Assembly (NCBI GenBank): GCA_034780895.1
Contig: JAUZTB010000042.1
Span: 15,129,935 to 15,188,610 of the forward strand
From: Rhynchobatus australiae
Lineage: Eukaryota
Length of the DNA stretch: 58,676 bases
Reading direction: 5' to 3'
Under the pieces are notes generated by a model. That model saw only the letters and a program-made list of their open reading frames with translations, was not told the origin of the DNA and did not search any database. Positions 36,801 through 49,170 of this stretch are shown in pieces. Numbering within the stretch: the stretch's first letter is position 1; every line of letters starts with the position of its first letter. A program made the translations under genes and the position numbers.

Positions 36801-37887
36801 AATTACACTTTGGTAACCAGCAGTCAAACCAGCTCCAAAAGATGAGTATGGATTCTATGATCATATTCCCTCAGGAGCTGGTGCAGAAGTTCACAGCCAT
36901 TTCAGAATTGATTCTCTTTTCTGGGTCAGGCAATACAATGCCAAGGGAACACACTGGCTGAAGAAGCAGGCTTCTGCCTCAATTGAGGTACAGTCCCAGT
37001 CCTCCAGGGTCCTACAAAGTCTGAACTAGCAGATTGATGCACTGCAGGGTATCAGTGGTGCTGTCAAGAAGCAGACAGCCATGGCCCATGACTATTTTGT
37101 CAACAACACTGCAGTCTGCCCATTTCTGATTTCCAGCATCTGCAGTTTTGTTTCTTACAATTCCAGAGAGGATCCAGTTGCCAATATGGGAACAAGGATT
37201 CCCACCCCCCTCAGGATCTCTCCTGTATCGTCTGGTTGTTGGGCACCGTCCTCAGCAATGCACACAGGCTGCAAGCATACTGGTCAAGGGCAGAGCTCAG
37301 TGAGGGCACCTGAGAGGATGCTGGCATCTCAGACGAGAGAGGTGGCCTTCCAGCAGCAGGCAGAGAGAGCGAGAGCACAGTGCCATAATGATAGGGTATC
37401 CAAGTATACAATGAAATCGGCATATTGTAAGGTGGCGCTGGAGTAAATTTTGACTCACAGTTTTAATGTTTCCACCATAATTGGGTTTTCTGTTCAAGTA
37501 GTTGCTAATTTATTTATGCAACTCATGCAAGAGTAAAGCAATTTAATTTAACTGACTGTAGATTTTGCTCATGCTTTTCTCCCTTCAGTTTCTTAGCTTA
37601 CTCAACTAAAGTGACTGAATTGCAGTGTTCGTGAAACTGTCAGAATCAGAATTTATTGTCACTTTCAGCATGCATGGGAGTGAAATACCGTACTCCACAG
37701 ATCAAGGTGCTGGTCAATTAAAGACAATAAGAGACACAAAGACAGAAAGACATTAACGACATTGGGACCGCATTAAAAAGAGACGAGTAAAAAACAGCTT
37801 AAAAACCTCAAAAAGCACAAGGTGAATCCCTGTGTCCTTGGATGTCGCTTGCACCTCCCCTTCATGTGCTGTAAGAATATAAAATCC

Positions 37888-38200
37888 CATTCAGAATCAG
37901 GTTTATTATCACTGACTTGTATCGTGAAATTTGTTGTTTGGCGGCAACAGCACAGTTCAAGACAATAAAAATCACGACAAGCCACAAAAATAAAGAAAGA
38001 AAGAGCCATAGAACAATACAGCACAATACAGGCCCTTCATCCCATCACGTTGTGCCAGAACTATAGTGCGAAAAGAGGAATAATGAGGTAGTGTTCATGG
38101 ACTGTTCAGAAATCTGATGGTGGAGGGGAGGAAGCTGTTCCTGAAATGCTGAGTGTGGGTCCTCAGTCTCCTGTACCTCCTCCCCAATGGTAGTAACGTG
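37888..38200 (-). mobile_element. Rex1/Babar LINE 3' fragment containing a short CR1-tail insert at about 38005-38062
   Basis: cagaatcaggtttattatcactgacttg...ttcagaaatctgatggtggaggggaggaagctgttcctgaa...ctcctgtacctcctcccc is the reverse complement of the Rex1 ends at 43480-43680 and 56740-56960. Confidence 0.75.
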
Positions 38201-39058
38201 AAGAATACATATGAATATGTATATGGGTATATGAATATGTACCCATATTGCCAGCCCATTCCTAGGATAAGCTTAACCAGATCTTTTAAATGAACAGGAC
38301 ACTAACCTGAGCCAATGTGGGCAGTCTGTGGTTCATATCACAATGACCAAATTTTGCTACCTGGACTACTTTATGGAGTCTGGCATCAGAGAACAATCAA
38401 TACAGCCAGCAGCAGCCTGCTATTGTCAGACTCCCCTATTGCAAGATGATTTAATGTTAGTAATAATAGTGGACTCCTGCTGAGGCTCAAAAGCTCATAA
38501 TGCTGATTTACTATAGAGACAGGGTTTTCTCGAGTATCCACAGAAACTGAGCAGCGTAGAACCAGTGCCTTTGAAAGCATGAGTATGATCTTGATTTTGA
38601 GATGACGCCAAAAGATGCCAAACACGAGCAAGAGCATCCATGCTGTTTGATAAGGGTCTGTCATTCAAAAATCATTGTTGGAGGCAATGGTGTAGTGGGT
38701 GGAGACAGATGTACCTGCTTGAGGCACAATGCTGCACAGCTCTGATGTGACATTTACTTTGTGAAGTTTCACAGGAGCATTAGAACCCAAGTGTGACCTT
38801 TGCAATTTGCACAATTACATAAACAGGCTCGGCAGGCTGCAATTTTAGAGATTTGGCTACAGTTTCGATTAAGACCAAGAGGCTAGTGAGTGCATTTCTT
38901 GATTAATTGAAACAAAGAACTTTGATGCCTAAAAGGATTCCATAGGGTCATGAGGTTTATCAAGTATCCTTCTGGCAGGAGTAGATCTGCTACCCTCTAT
39001 TGTTCTGACCTTAAATATCCAATAGTGTACTTGTCTTCAAGTGTAAAGTGGACCATTT

Positions 39059-39380
39059 GATAAGATCACAAGATAAGGGAGCAGAAGTAGGCCATTCGGC
39101 CCATCGAGTCTGCTCCATAAGCTAAAGTAAAAGGAAAAAAAACTAAAGAAAAAGAAAAAAAGTATTCCTTTCTAGCTCCAATTTTTGGCCTTATCCCCAT
39201 ATCCCTTGATACCTTGACTAATTAGATACCTATCTATCTCCTCTTTAAACGCCTCCAATGATCGGACCTCTACTGCTGTACGTGGCAAAGAATTCCATAA
39301 CTTCACTACCCTCTGGCTAAAGAGATTTCTCCTCATCTGTTTTAAACCGGTACCCTCTAATTCTAAGATTGTGCCCTCTG
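39059..39380 (-). mobile_element. CR1-type LINE 3' end, young, running into an N gap
   Basis: ataagatcacaagataagggagcagaagtaggccattcggcccatcgagtctgctcc; the minus-strand ORF ends RGHNLRIRGYRFKT. Confidence 0.8.
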
Positions 39381-41479
39381 NNNNNNNNNNNNNNNNNNNN
39401 NNNNNNNNNNNNNNNNNNNNNNNNNNNNNNNNNNNNNNNNNNNNNNNNNNNNNNNNNNNNNNNNNNNNNNNNNNNNNNNNAAGTTAAGGCAGAGAATGGA
39501 CAATGAGGAATCATTCATCTTTGTACAAAGCTTCACAAATTTATCAATAAATGATTCATTAAATAGCAGGTCTTTTGTTCTGAGAATGTCCTTGTAGTAA
39601 AGTCTTGCTGAGACTGCAAACTGAATTGGGACCTTCAGCCTGGTGTTTATGGGAGAGTGTCCACATCCATTTTATGCCAATTGAAAATCATTAACAGCAG
39701 CACAGCTGTGTGGCAATAATTGATCACCACACCAGCTGAAAACTATTCCCAAGATACAGCAGCGACTTAAATAACCCTGTAATTCTGAGTGATTTGAAAA
39801 GGAGTGGAGTTTGGGAATCTTTCTAAGATCAAGTACTGTCTCAGCCTATCCAAAAAGGTTTTCTCTTTGGAGTAGCTTGGCATAGGACTTCAGTTGAGTT
39901 TGGACTCTTCCTCCAACTTCTTCTGGTTGCCCTGAGCTTGGTCTTCACCTGGGGTTCTTGATATCTCAGCTGCTGGTCCTCCACTTTATACATCTTGGCA
40001 GGCAGACAATAGTTGGGTTTGTCTCATGGCTGGATAATGCTGTGCAGAGCAGACCACAGCAAGGTAAGTGACCTGATTGCTGAATACTGTTCATTGTCAC
40101 CCAGGTGTTGTAGACAGTGAATATGTATTATCCATAGTCCCAGTGTGGTCTCTGTTAAGCTCTGTATGGCTGCCTGGATCTGATTGAATAGCTGATGTGT
40201 TTGGTGTTCTGAGCAGCTATCTGAGTACTAGACAGCTCAGGAACCCCCCTCCCTCTCCCCTCCAACCAAGGTCCATCTCTTGGGACAGTGTGACCCCTGA
40301 GAGAAGAGGCAGCAGTGACTGCTAAAGAATTGATGAGTTGTGCAAGCTACCAACATTTCTCTAATTGACTATTAGACATGGCCTATCATTAACTGCACTT
40401 TGAAAGAATGTTCTCTCTCCTGGTTAAGGAGGATTTGTTTGTCGCAAATTGGGATTTTTAATGGCTGAGTGCTGTGTGTGTACTTAACCTTTTGGTAGGA
40501 ACTTGCAATGGTGTAAGTACCTTGTGGGTAGTTTGCTTGCTGCTGTGGGCTAAAGCTGGTGAAGTTGCCTCTTCTGTGACCATGGCCTCCCGAATGCAGT
40601 GGCAAGCAAGTACAGTGTCTGGCCTGGAATGACTGATATTGGCAAGTTATGAATGAAGGTGATCTTTACTGATAGCAAGTGGTGCAGATAACTTTATTTT
40701 GTGGGATCAAAGATGTCACTGTTAACAACCTTCTGGAAGTGTAGCTGACACCAGCCCAGCTCTTGGAAATCTAGGCAACAGCAAGAGTCCTTATAAAGCC
40801 TAAATCTTGGGTAATGAACTCTTCTCTCCTACATAGGACATAGTTCCTGGGATGCCTCTGTTGCATGAGCACATCATTCTTCAAGGTGTGGTACATGTAG
40901 ACAAATCCCCATTAACTGTCAAAAATGGAGTTGCAATGATGTCTTGAGTGTAGTGATGTGCAACAGTGTGGATATAAAATGCAGGTTGTGTTATCAACCC
41001 CCTCAAATAATACTGCTTCTGAACCTTCATTAGTAAAGGCCAATAGTCCTGCAAGTAAACAGCACCTGCTGTTTTATGGGCCTTTGTTTGGAAAATCCTG
41101 CTGGTGATAGAATTTGGGTATTTTGCAACTTGAGGAATTTCACACCAAGTACAATAAAACAATCTCACAGGAAAAATGAAGACATGACCTTACCAACAGA
41201 AGCCAAGTTGGCCAGAAACATGTGAAATCTTGATTTTCAACAGCACAACCTTTTTGAGAACCGTGACCAAATTTCTAGCATTTTACTACATTAAAGATGA
41301 GTAGAACTGATCTAATTTGAATATGCATGTATTAGGATACTTATTCAGTATACATTCATTGACACCAGTTAGTTAAAACCCTGCTTACCAAGCATTACCA
41401 AATTACAGAAGTGATTATCAAATATGGTAAGTAGAATTAAATTTGAGGTTTGTCAGAATGTCAAAATAATCAAATTGCA

Positions 41480-43685
41480 CTTCAACACGTCACTTGCAGA
41501 ACCAGAGAAGCCAACACGTCACTGTTACACCACCATCAAGAACACTTATTGTACCATCCCACACCTGCACTTTGGCAAGTCTTATCACCAGGCTGCACTT
41601 CTACTCCCAGCATATAGACAGAGGACCTCTGCACCAGTGATGAGGACCACAAAAAAGGTATGGTCAAGGGAGGCAGAGGACTATTTTGAATTAATTGGTG
41701 GACTGGAACATACTTGAGGATTCGTCATTCTGATCTGAATGAATATGCCACAGCCCTCACCAACTTCATTAAGACTTGCGTGGCTTAGTGTGCGTGTCAT
41801 AGTTTTCCCAAACCAGAAGCCCTGGACGAACCAGGGAATTTGCAGTCTGCGGAGGACTAGATCTGTGGAGTTCAAGACAGACTACCCAGAATCCTACAAA
41901 GAGTCTAGGTATGACCTATGGAAGGCCATCGTGAAATCAAAAAGACAATTCTGTACGAAGTTGGACACAATCAGATGCATGACCAATGTGACAGGGTTTG
42001 CATGCTATTACTTCCTACAAGGTGAAACGTAACAGCATTAATGGCAGCGATGCTTCACTCCCTGATGAGCTCAATGCCTTTTGTGCACACTTTGAAAAGG
42101 AAATAATGCTACACCTGTGCAAATACCACAGCATCAGGTGACCCTGTGATCTGTCTCTGAGGCCGATGCCAGAACATTTTAAGAGGGTAAACCCTTGCAA
42201 GGTCCTGACTGTGTACCAGGCCGGGTGGTGAAAACCTGTACCAACTAACTGGCTGGAGTGTTCAAAGGACATCTTCAAACTCTCACTACTACAGTTGGAG
42301 GTTCCCACCTGCTTAAAAAGGCAGCAATCCATACCAATGCCTAAGAAGAGCAGGGCGAGTTGCCTTAACGACCACGGCCTAGTAGCACTCACATCTATGA
42401 TCAAGTGCTTAGACGTTGGTTATGGCTAGAATTAACTCCTGTCTGAGCAAGGACCTAGCCCCATTGCAATTTGCCTCCTGCCTCAACAGGTCAGCAGTGG
42501 ATGCAATCTCACTGACTCTACACTCTGCTTTGGAGCACCTGGACATCAGCAAAACCTATGTCAGGCTGCTGTTTGATTACAGCTTGGCATTCAACACAAT
42601 CATCTCTTCAGTATTAATCAACAAGCTTCAAAAGCTGGGCCTCTAACTCCCTAGGCAACTGGATCCTTTACATCCTTGATGGGAAATCAGTCAATGCAGA
42701 TTGGTAATAACATCTCCTCCTTGCTAACCATCAACACAAGTGCACCTCAAAGCTGTGTGCTTAACCCACTGCTCTACTCTCTCTACACATTACTGTGTGG
42801 CTAAGGATGGTTCAAATGTCATCTGTAGATTTGCAGATGTCACCAGTTGTTAAAATCTCAGATGGTGATGAGGTGGTGTACAGGAGTGAGTTTAGCTAGT
42901 GAGTGGTGTTGCAACAACAACAAGACCAAGGAATTGATTGTGGATTTCATGAAGGGGAAGTCAGGAGAACATGCACCAGTCCTCCGATGACTGGGTGTCA
43001 ACATCTGAGGATCTATCCTGNNNNNNNNNNNNNNNNNNNNNNNNNNNNNNNNNNNNNNNNNNNNNNNNNNNNNNNNNNNNNNNNNNNNNNNNNNNNNNNN
43101 NNNNNNNNNNNNNNNNNNNNCATGCACCAGTCCTCCGATGACTGGGTGTCAACATCTGAGGATCTATCCTGGGCCCAACAAAGAAATACAAAGAAAGCAT
43201 GCCAGCAGATCTACTTTGTTAGGAGTTTGAAGAGACTTGGTATGTCACCAAAGACCCTTGCAAATTTCTATAGACGTATGGCAGAGAGCATTTGGACGGG
43301 TAGCATCACAGCCTGGTACAATGCACAGGATCGCAAGAGGCTGTGGAAGGTTGTAGACTTAACCAGCTCTGATGGAGGCACAACCCTCCCCATCATAACA
43401 GCCATCTTCAAGAGGTGGTGCCTCAAGAAGGCAGAATCCATCACTAAGGACCCTCACCATCTGGGACATACCCTCTTCTCATTACTATCATCAGGTAAGA
43501 GGTACAGGAACCTGAAGACCCACATGCAATGATTTAGGAACAGCTTCTTCCCCTCTGCCATCAGGTTTCTGAACAGTCAATGAACATTACTTTCTTTTGC
43601 ACTATTTATTGTAATTTTGTCTTTGCACTGTACTGTTGGCAGGGGAATAAAAACTTTTCACAATGGTAATAAACCTGATGATTCA
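41480..43685 (+). mobile_element. Rex1/Babar-clade LINE, 5'-truncated and decayed, about 2.1 kb (end of endonuclease, RT, 3' UTR)
   Basis: Fragments HCYTTIKNTY...HFGKSYH...LLLPAYRQ, FPNQKPW, DLAPLQFA...NRSAVDAISLTLHSALEHLD...YVRLLFDYSLAFNTII, GAPQ-like/LNPLLYSL and KKACQQIYFVRSLKRLGM...IT.DPHHLGHTLFSLLSSGKRYR; tail aataaacctgatgattc. Confidence 0.9.
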
Positions 43686-43692
43686 AACTTGT

Positions 43693-43903
43693 ATACCAGC
43701 CCTCCCTGGGTTATGAACACTCTGCTTGTGGACATTCTGTACAAGCATTTAGACTCGTGGGATGGATTTACCAACTGCCACCGAGCCACTGTAGTGCACC
43801 TGCTTGCTCTCCTGCACAGTCAATTGTGATCCTCCCACACACTTTGTTCATTTGGCTTGTGAGTAGTTCTTAGGAATTGAACTCTTAACCAGAGGCCTGC
43901 CTG
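43693..43903. mobile_element. Possible Tigger/mariner-type MITE remnant
   Basis: Degenerate inverted ends ta-ccagccctccctgggttatga ... tcttaaccagaggcctgcctg; a related end gtaactcgaggactgcctgta occurs at about 47750-47770. Confidence 0.35.
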
Positions 43904-43944
43904 GAAAGTTTCATTATGTTGCAAGAGACCATTCAATACATCAC

Positions 43945-45090
43945 ACGAGTTCCATGACGGCACTTTCAAGTAACTATGGATCTATAATCCCAGGTCCCTC
44001 TGTGCTACCACACCTCAAAGCCCAACCATTCACTGTGTAAGTCTTACCCTGGTTTGTCCTCCCAAAGTGCAACACCTCACTTGTCTGAATTAAATTCCAT
44101 CTGCCATTTTTCAGCCCATTGACATAGCTGGTCAAGATCACACTGCAAGCTTCCTTGCTGCCCACTATGCCCCCATTCTTGGTGTATCTGCAAATTTGCT
44201 GATCCAGTTTACCACATTATCAACTAAATCAATAATATAGATGATAAATAACAATGGACCCAGCACCAACCCCTGCAACACACCACTAACAGACCTCCAG
44301 TCAGGGAGACAACCATCTACTAATCACTCTTCTCCCACTAAGCCAACATTGAATCCAATTGGCTACTTCATCCTGAATGCCAAGCAACTTAACCTTCTGG
44401 AGCAGCCCCCCATGCAGGACTTTGTCTACATGGACTTCAGCAAGACCTTTGACAATGTCTACTGCATTTCCCTCTGACTTTCTTGGCAAGCTCCTCGAAG
44501 AAGTCTAAGACTTGACCTACCATACACAAAGCCATGTTGACTATCCCTCATCAGGCCTTGTCTATCCAAATACTTATCTTGTCCCTTAGAATTCCTTCCA
44601 ATAATTTACCCACAACTGACATCAGGCTTATTGGCCTATAGTTTCCCTTCTTGAACAACAGAATAACATTAGCTATCCTCCAGTTATCCTACACCTCACC
44701 TGTGATTGAGGACATTTTGAATATCCTCTGCCAGGGCCCCTGCAATTTCTGCACTAGCCTCCCACAAGGGCTGAGGGGATACCTTATCAGGCTCTGGGGA
44801 TTTATCCACCTTCATTTGCCTCAAGACAGCTAGCACCTCCCCTTCCGTAATCAGGATACGGTCCATGACCTCACTGCTCTTTCGCCTCTGTTTTATAGTC
44901 TGTCTCCAAAGTAAATACAGATGTAAAGTTCATTTAAGATCTCCCCCAACTCTTTTGGCTCCATGTGTAGATGACCACACTGATCTTCAAGAGGACCAAT
45001 TTTGGCCTTTGCTATCCTTTTGCTCTTAATATAGAGATAAAAACCTTTGGGGTTCTTTTGCAGTCTGCCAGAGCAACCTCATATCCTATT
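43945..45090 (-). mobile_element. CR1-clade LINE ORF2 fragment with internal deletions
   Basis: Minus-strand ORFs EGNAVDIV...DKVLHGGLLQKVKLLGIQDEVANWIQCWLSGRR and EVLHFGRTNQGKTYTVNG. Confidence 0.85.
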
Positions 45091-45894
45091 GAATCTGTTG
45101 CCACTCTCAATTAGACCATGCTGTGGAAAAAAATTCCCCCCCACCCCACCCNNNNNNNNNNNNNNNNNNNNNNNNNNNNNNNNNNNNNNNNNNNNNNNNN
45201 NNNNNNNNNNNNNNNNNNNNNNNNNNNNNNNNNNNNNNNNNNNNNNNNNNNNNNNNNNNNNNNNNNNNNNNNNNNNNNNNNNNNNNNNNNNNNNNNNNNN
45301 NNNNNNNNNNNNNNNNNNNNNNNNNNNNNNNNNNNNNNNNNNNNNNNNNNNNNNNNNNNNNNNNNNNNNNNNNNNNNNNNNNNNNNNNNNNNNNNNNNNN
45401 NNNNNNNNNNNNNNNNNNNNNNNNNNNNNNNNNNNNNNNNNNNNNNNNNNNGGAAGATGCAGATTTAACAAAAAATGCTAATTACAGTACTGGCTCCTGA
45501 CAATGGTAACAGTTTCTTCTCATTCCCTGGCAAAACCACTGATAGTCATTAGTTGTAATTATTTAAAACAAAAATTACAAGTCCTGTTCCAAAAAAGTTT
45601 GAGACCTTAGATATTTTCTAAAATCTTGAGTATACACCTCCTTCACACCAATCTTCATGAAGGAGGAGGTCAATGATCTTTTGATTCAGTCACCCTATAA
45701 CAATGAATACCAGAAACCAAGGCACTCACTCCAAACATCCCAGAAAGTGTTTCAAAGGTCCCAGCCCTTCCCACCAGCTAGGACTCAGTAAAATCTGGGC
45801 TCCTAGAGGGTTATATTTGTGTTGCACAGATAATGATTGCTTCTTCAATGTATATAGAGATCAGGTAAATCAGTAGGCTGTAGTATTCCAGAAG

Positions 45895-46050
45895 AAAAAG
45901 GACTGTAGATGCTGGATTCTGGATGAAAAACACTAATGATGCTGGAGTCCAGATGAAGGATCCTCAACCCAAAACATGGGCTGTCCACTTCCCTCCATCA
46001 GTGCTGCCCAACCTGCTGAGTTCCTCCAGCATCTTGTGTTGCTGCAGTAT
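45895..46050. repeat. Penelope-derived short palindromic element
   Basis: actgtagatgctgga...gatgctggag...gctgcccaacctgctgagttcctccagcatc. Confidence 0.55.
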
Positions 46051-46349
46051 TCCACTGACTGCATCCACAATCCTTTTGACACTGCATGGGCTAACAGTTT
46101 CAGTTGCTCATTAATAGCAACCATGGTGACTGTTGGGAATACAGAAAGATTTGGAAACTGAACAAAGCTCTAATCAAGGAGCAAAATTGTCAAATCTCAA
46201 CATGTGGTGCAGGAAACTTGGTTCAGTGAGTAAGATTTAATTCTATTTGAATGTCTGTATGCAAACAAGAGTTGCAGACTGGTAGAAGAAATGTGTGAAG
46301 TTCTAAACATAGACTTGTGATAATGAAGTGAATAATGAGTAACTACCCT

Positions 46350-46925
46350 TCTGTTTGCATTTACATAGTCTTTCATGGCCTTTGGATTTAAAGCACTTTG
46401 GATCAACCTGCAAAGGATTTCTGAAGTGCAGTTACTGCTGCAATATAGGAAAATAGCAGGGAACTTTTTAAAATTAAATTTTATTTACAGTGTGGTAACA
46501 GGCCCTTTCAGCCTAACGAGTCCGCACCGTCCATTTTAAACCCCAAATTAACCTACCTGTACATCTCTACAATGTGGGAGGAAACCGGAGCACCCAGAGG
46601 AAACCCACACAGATGCGGGAGAATGTACAAACTCCTTACAGACAGCAACAGGAATCGAACCCCGATCACTGGCACTGTAATAGCATTGCACTAACCGCTA
46701 CGCTACCATGCTGCCCACTGCTAACTTTCACAGCAAGATCCCACGAACAGCATGAGGTAATGACTTGATGATCTGATTTTACAATGTTGATTGAAGTTGT
46801 ATTATCCAGTGTAGTGGTAATAAATTCCCTGTTTGTCAAAAATACTGTGGGATCTTTTATTCACCTAAGAACACAGATAAAACCTTAGTTTAATGACTCA
46901 TCTCAAAATACTGCAGCTCCAACAT
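46350..46925 (-). mobile_element. Deu-domain SINE (SacSINE1-like), interrupted by an HE1-like SINE
   Basis: aaagcactttgg...tgaagtgcagttactg...[insert]...cacagcaagatcccac...gggatcttttattcacctaaga...tagtttaatgactcatctcaaa is the reverse complement of the Deu core seen at 33.3 kb. Confidence 0.65.
46470..46716 (-). mobile_element. HE1/V-SINE-like tRNA-derived SINE, nearly full length
   Basis: tgtgggaggaaaccggagcacccagaggaaacccacacag...gggagaatgtacaaactcc...ggaatcgaaccc...ctaaccgctacgctaccatgctgccc: V-domain plus tRNA-like A/B boxes on the minus strand. Confidence 0.8.
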
Positions 46926-48884
46926 GTAGCACTTCAAAGGACATGGATGTTTTTATGCATGAATTATTGAACATTGATGGACAGGTTGAATGGTAATTAG
47001 AATTTAAGTGTATATTAAAAATTAAGTCCTTCTTTAAAACAAAGGATTCAAGAAGATCAAAGACCAACCCAAGAAGGTCAAAGTCAGCCAGTACTACTGT
47101 GACATTATCACATTTCCTCAAAATATTTATTACATCCAGCATAGAGTACACCATATAGAATCAATAGACCATAAAAGAGATTTACTCTTCCTCTTTGAAT
47201 AAAATGTGAATTAAACCATTTTGCCTTCAAGCATTTAACAAATGACATACAAAGAATCAATTCAAGTTACCCATTCATCATGTGCAGTTGAATTGTCAGG
47301 AGAAAAATGACAGAAATCCAAATACAACTGTTATCCCCATCCAACTGGGTTATTTATGCCTCAAGAGCCAAACATATTAATTTTATACAAAATGTCCACT
47401 TTGACATTCTGCAAACTGATCCTGATCTGACCATGCCCACTGGATTATTGCCACTTCCCCTTCTACAGGGTTTCCCCAGGTCACGGATGATCTGACTTGC
47501 AACTTTATGCAAATTCTCCCATACATTTTTTTTTAAAAAAGCATTTTTCAAAATAGTAAGGTTTCATGGTGTTTATGACTGGATGTGGTATATATTCCAC
47601 TAGTTATAGGGAGTATCAGGGTGAATATTTCATGAAATGAAATTATAGCAAATACACATAGACCAAGACAATATGGGTAGCTATGGAAAACAATGTCTTT
47701 GACTTTGAGAAATCAGCTTACAGACAGTTCTCCGAAACAGAAAGCTTGTGTAACTCGAGGACTGCCTGTACTTAATTCCTCATACAATTTTTATACAAGC
47801 ATCGCAACAATGAGAAAGCAGACGATAAAGCATTCCCAACATAATACATACAAGTTGTTGACAACTGAAACCTTATGGATACATATCAATATCATATTAA
47901 GCTGAAATTTATCAAATTCACCTAAAGGCATAAAGGAAATTCTTCACAATGGCACTAGGATATCAGTGCTCCTGGTCTCCTTTATGACAATCCTCATGTC
48001 TCCTCCATTTACGTTCTCTTCACTGTTGCCTCTCTCAGATATGTCTGAAGATGTCTCAATCCCATTGAGTTTATATCCTTCTTGGCCACCAATCTGCAGT
48101 CCTTATGTGGAACACATGACAACTCAGAATTACTCTGCCCTGTAAACCCCAGACACTTTAATTGTTTTTGCTACATTCACACCTTTTCCCCATCTTACTC
48201 TTCCCGCAGACCAGTTGCTCATTCCTCCTTGCCTCCATCAGCTCATCAGCCACACAGGTTTGGTCAATTTAATTTATGACGATGTTGAACAAACTAGCAA
48301 CTGATTGCATTAAAGGTTACTGCATAGAAAGAACATTAACAGAGGCAGTTAACAGCGCACGTATACTTTACATATTAGTTACACAATTGCTTAACCCTTA
48401 ACCAGTTTAACTAAATTCTCCATGTTTTACAATCACCATTTTATACTAAGTAAATAAGATTAAGGGGTTTGTTTGATACTACAGCCATTGTAGTGCTGCA
48501 GTTGGGAAAAACACACACTAATGCAAAAGATTAGATGTAAAATTACCATTCACAGCTGATAGTTGTGCTGCTCCTCACTGCTAAAGCATATCATTTTTAG
48601 TAGTATTCAGAGTTATAAGTGAATGTGGCATCCTTCTCCAATCCACACCCAAATATCTTTTGCAATGATCAATATACAGGACACCACAGAGGACACTTCA
48701 TTAAAATGATGTTTTGATTTTCATTTGTAGATTGCCATTGCTCTGGAGTTTCATTTCCCCCAAATCACATCAACTGTTTCTCGTTCCACTGATGCTGCTT
48801 GGCCTGCTGTATAACTAGTTTAGTTTCCTGGCCATAGAAGCGAGCAACTGTAATTCCAGATGAACCATTATTGTTATGAACATA

Positions 48885-49170
48885 GGTAGGCTGCCAAAGG
48901 GACATAGATAGGTTAAGTGAATGGGCAAAGATGTGACAAGTGTGGGATAATGTGAAATAATGTCCATTTTGGCAGGAAAAATAAGCAACATATGGTGAGA
49001 CTCTAGAACTCAGATACAAAAGGATCTGAGCTTCTTAGTGCACGATTCACAAAGATACAGTGAGTAATTAGGAAAGCTAGCAGGATGTTATTTATTTTGA
49101 AGGAAATTTAATACGAAAAAGGTAGGGAGAGTATGCTTTAGTTACATAGGGCATATACTAACCACAAGTA
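48885..49170 (+). mobile_element. CR1-type LINE RT fragment
   Basis: caaagggacatagataggttaagtgaatgggcaaag (QRDIDRLSEWAK) ... ccattttggcaggaaaaat ... ggatctgag...gtgcacgattcac. Confidence 0.65.

Noticed and set aside
38203-38250. Nested AT-rich palindromes (atacatatgaatatgtat; atatgggta...tacccatat)
   Set aside because: Low-complexity filler at the truncation point of a Rex1 fragment; too short to support a function.
41424-43532. Cluster of plus-strand ORFs that could look like a second gene
   Set aside because: They are frameshifted pieces of one Rex1/Babar LINE ORF2.
46620-46716. tRNA-like A/B-box sequences here and at about 890-950, 24590-24660 and 54503-54568
   Set aside because: These are SINE heads continuing into SINE bodies, with no intact cloverleaf.
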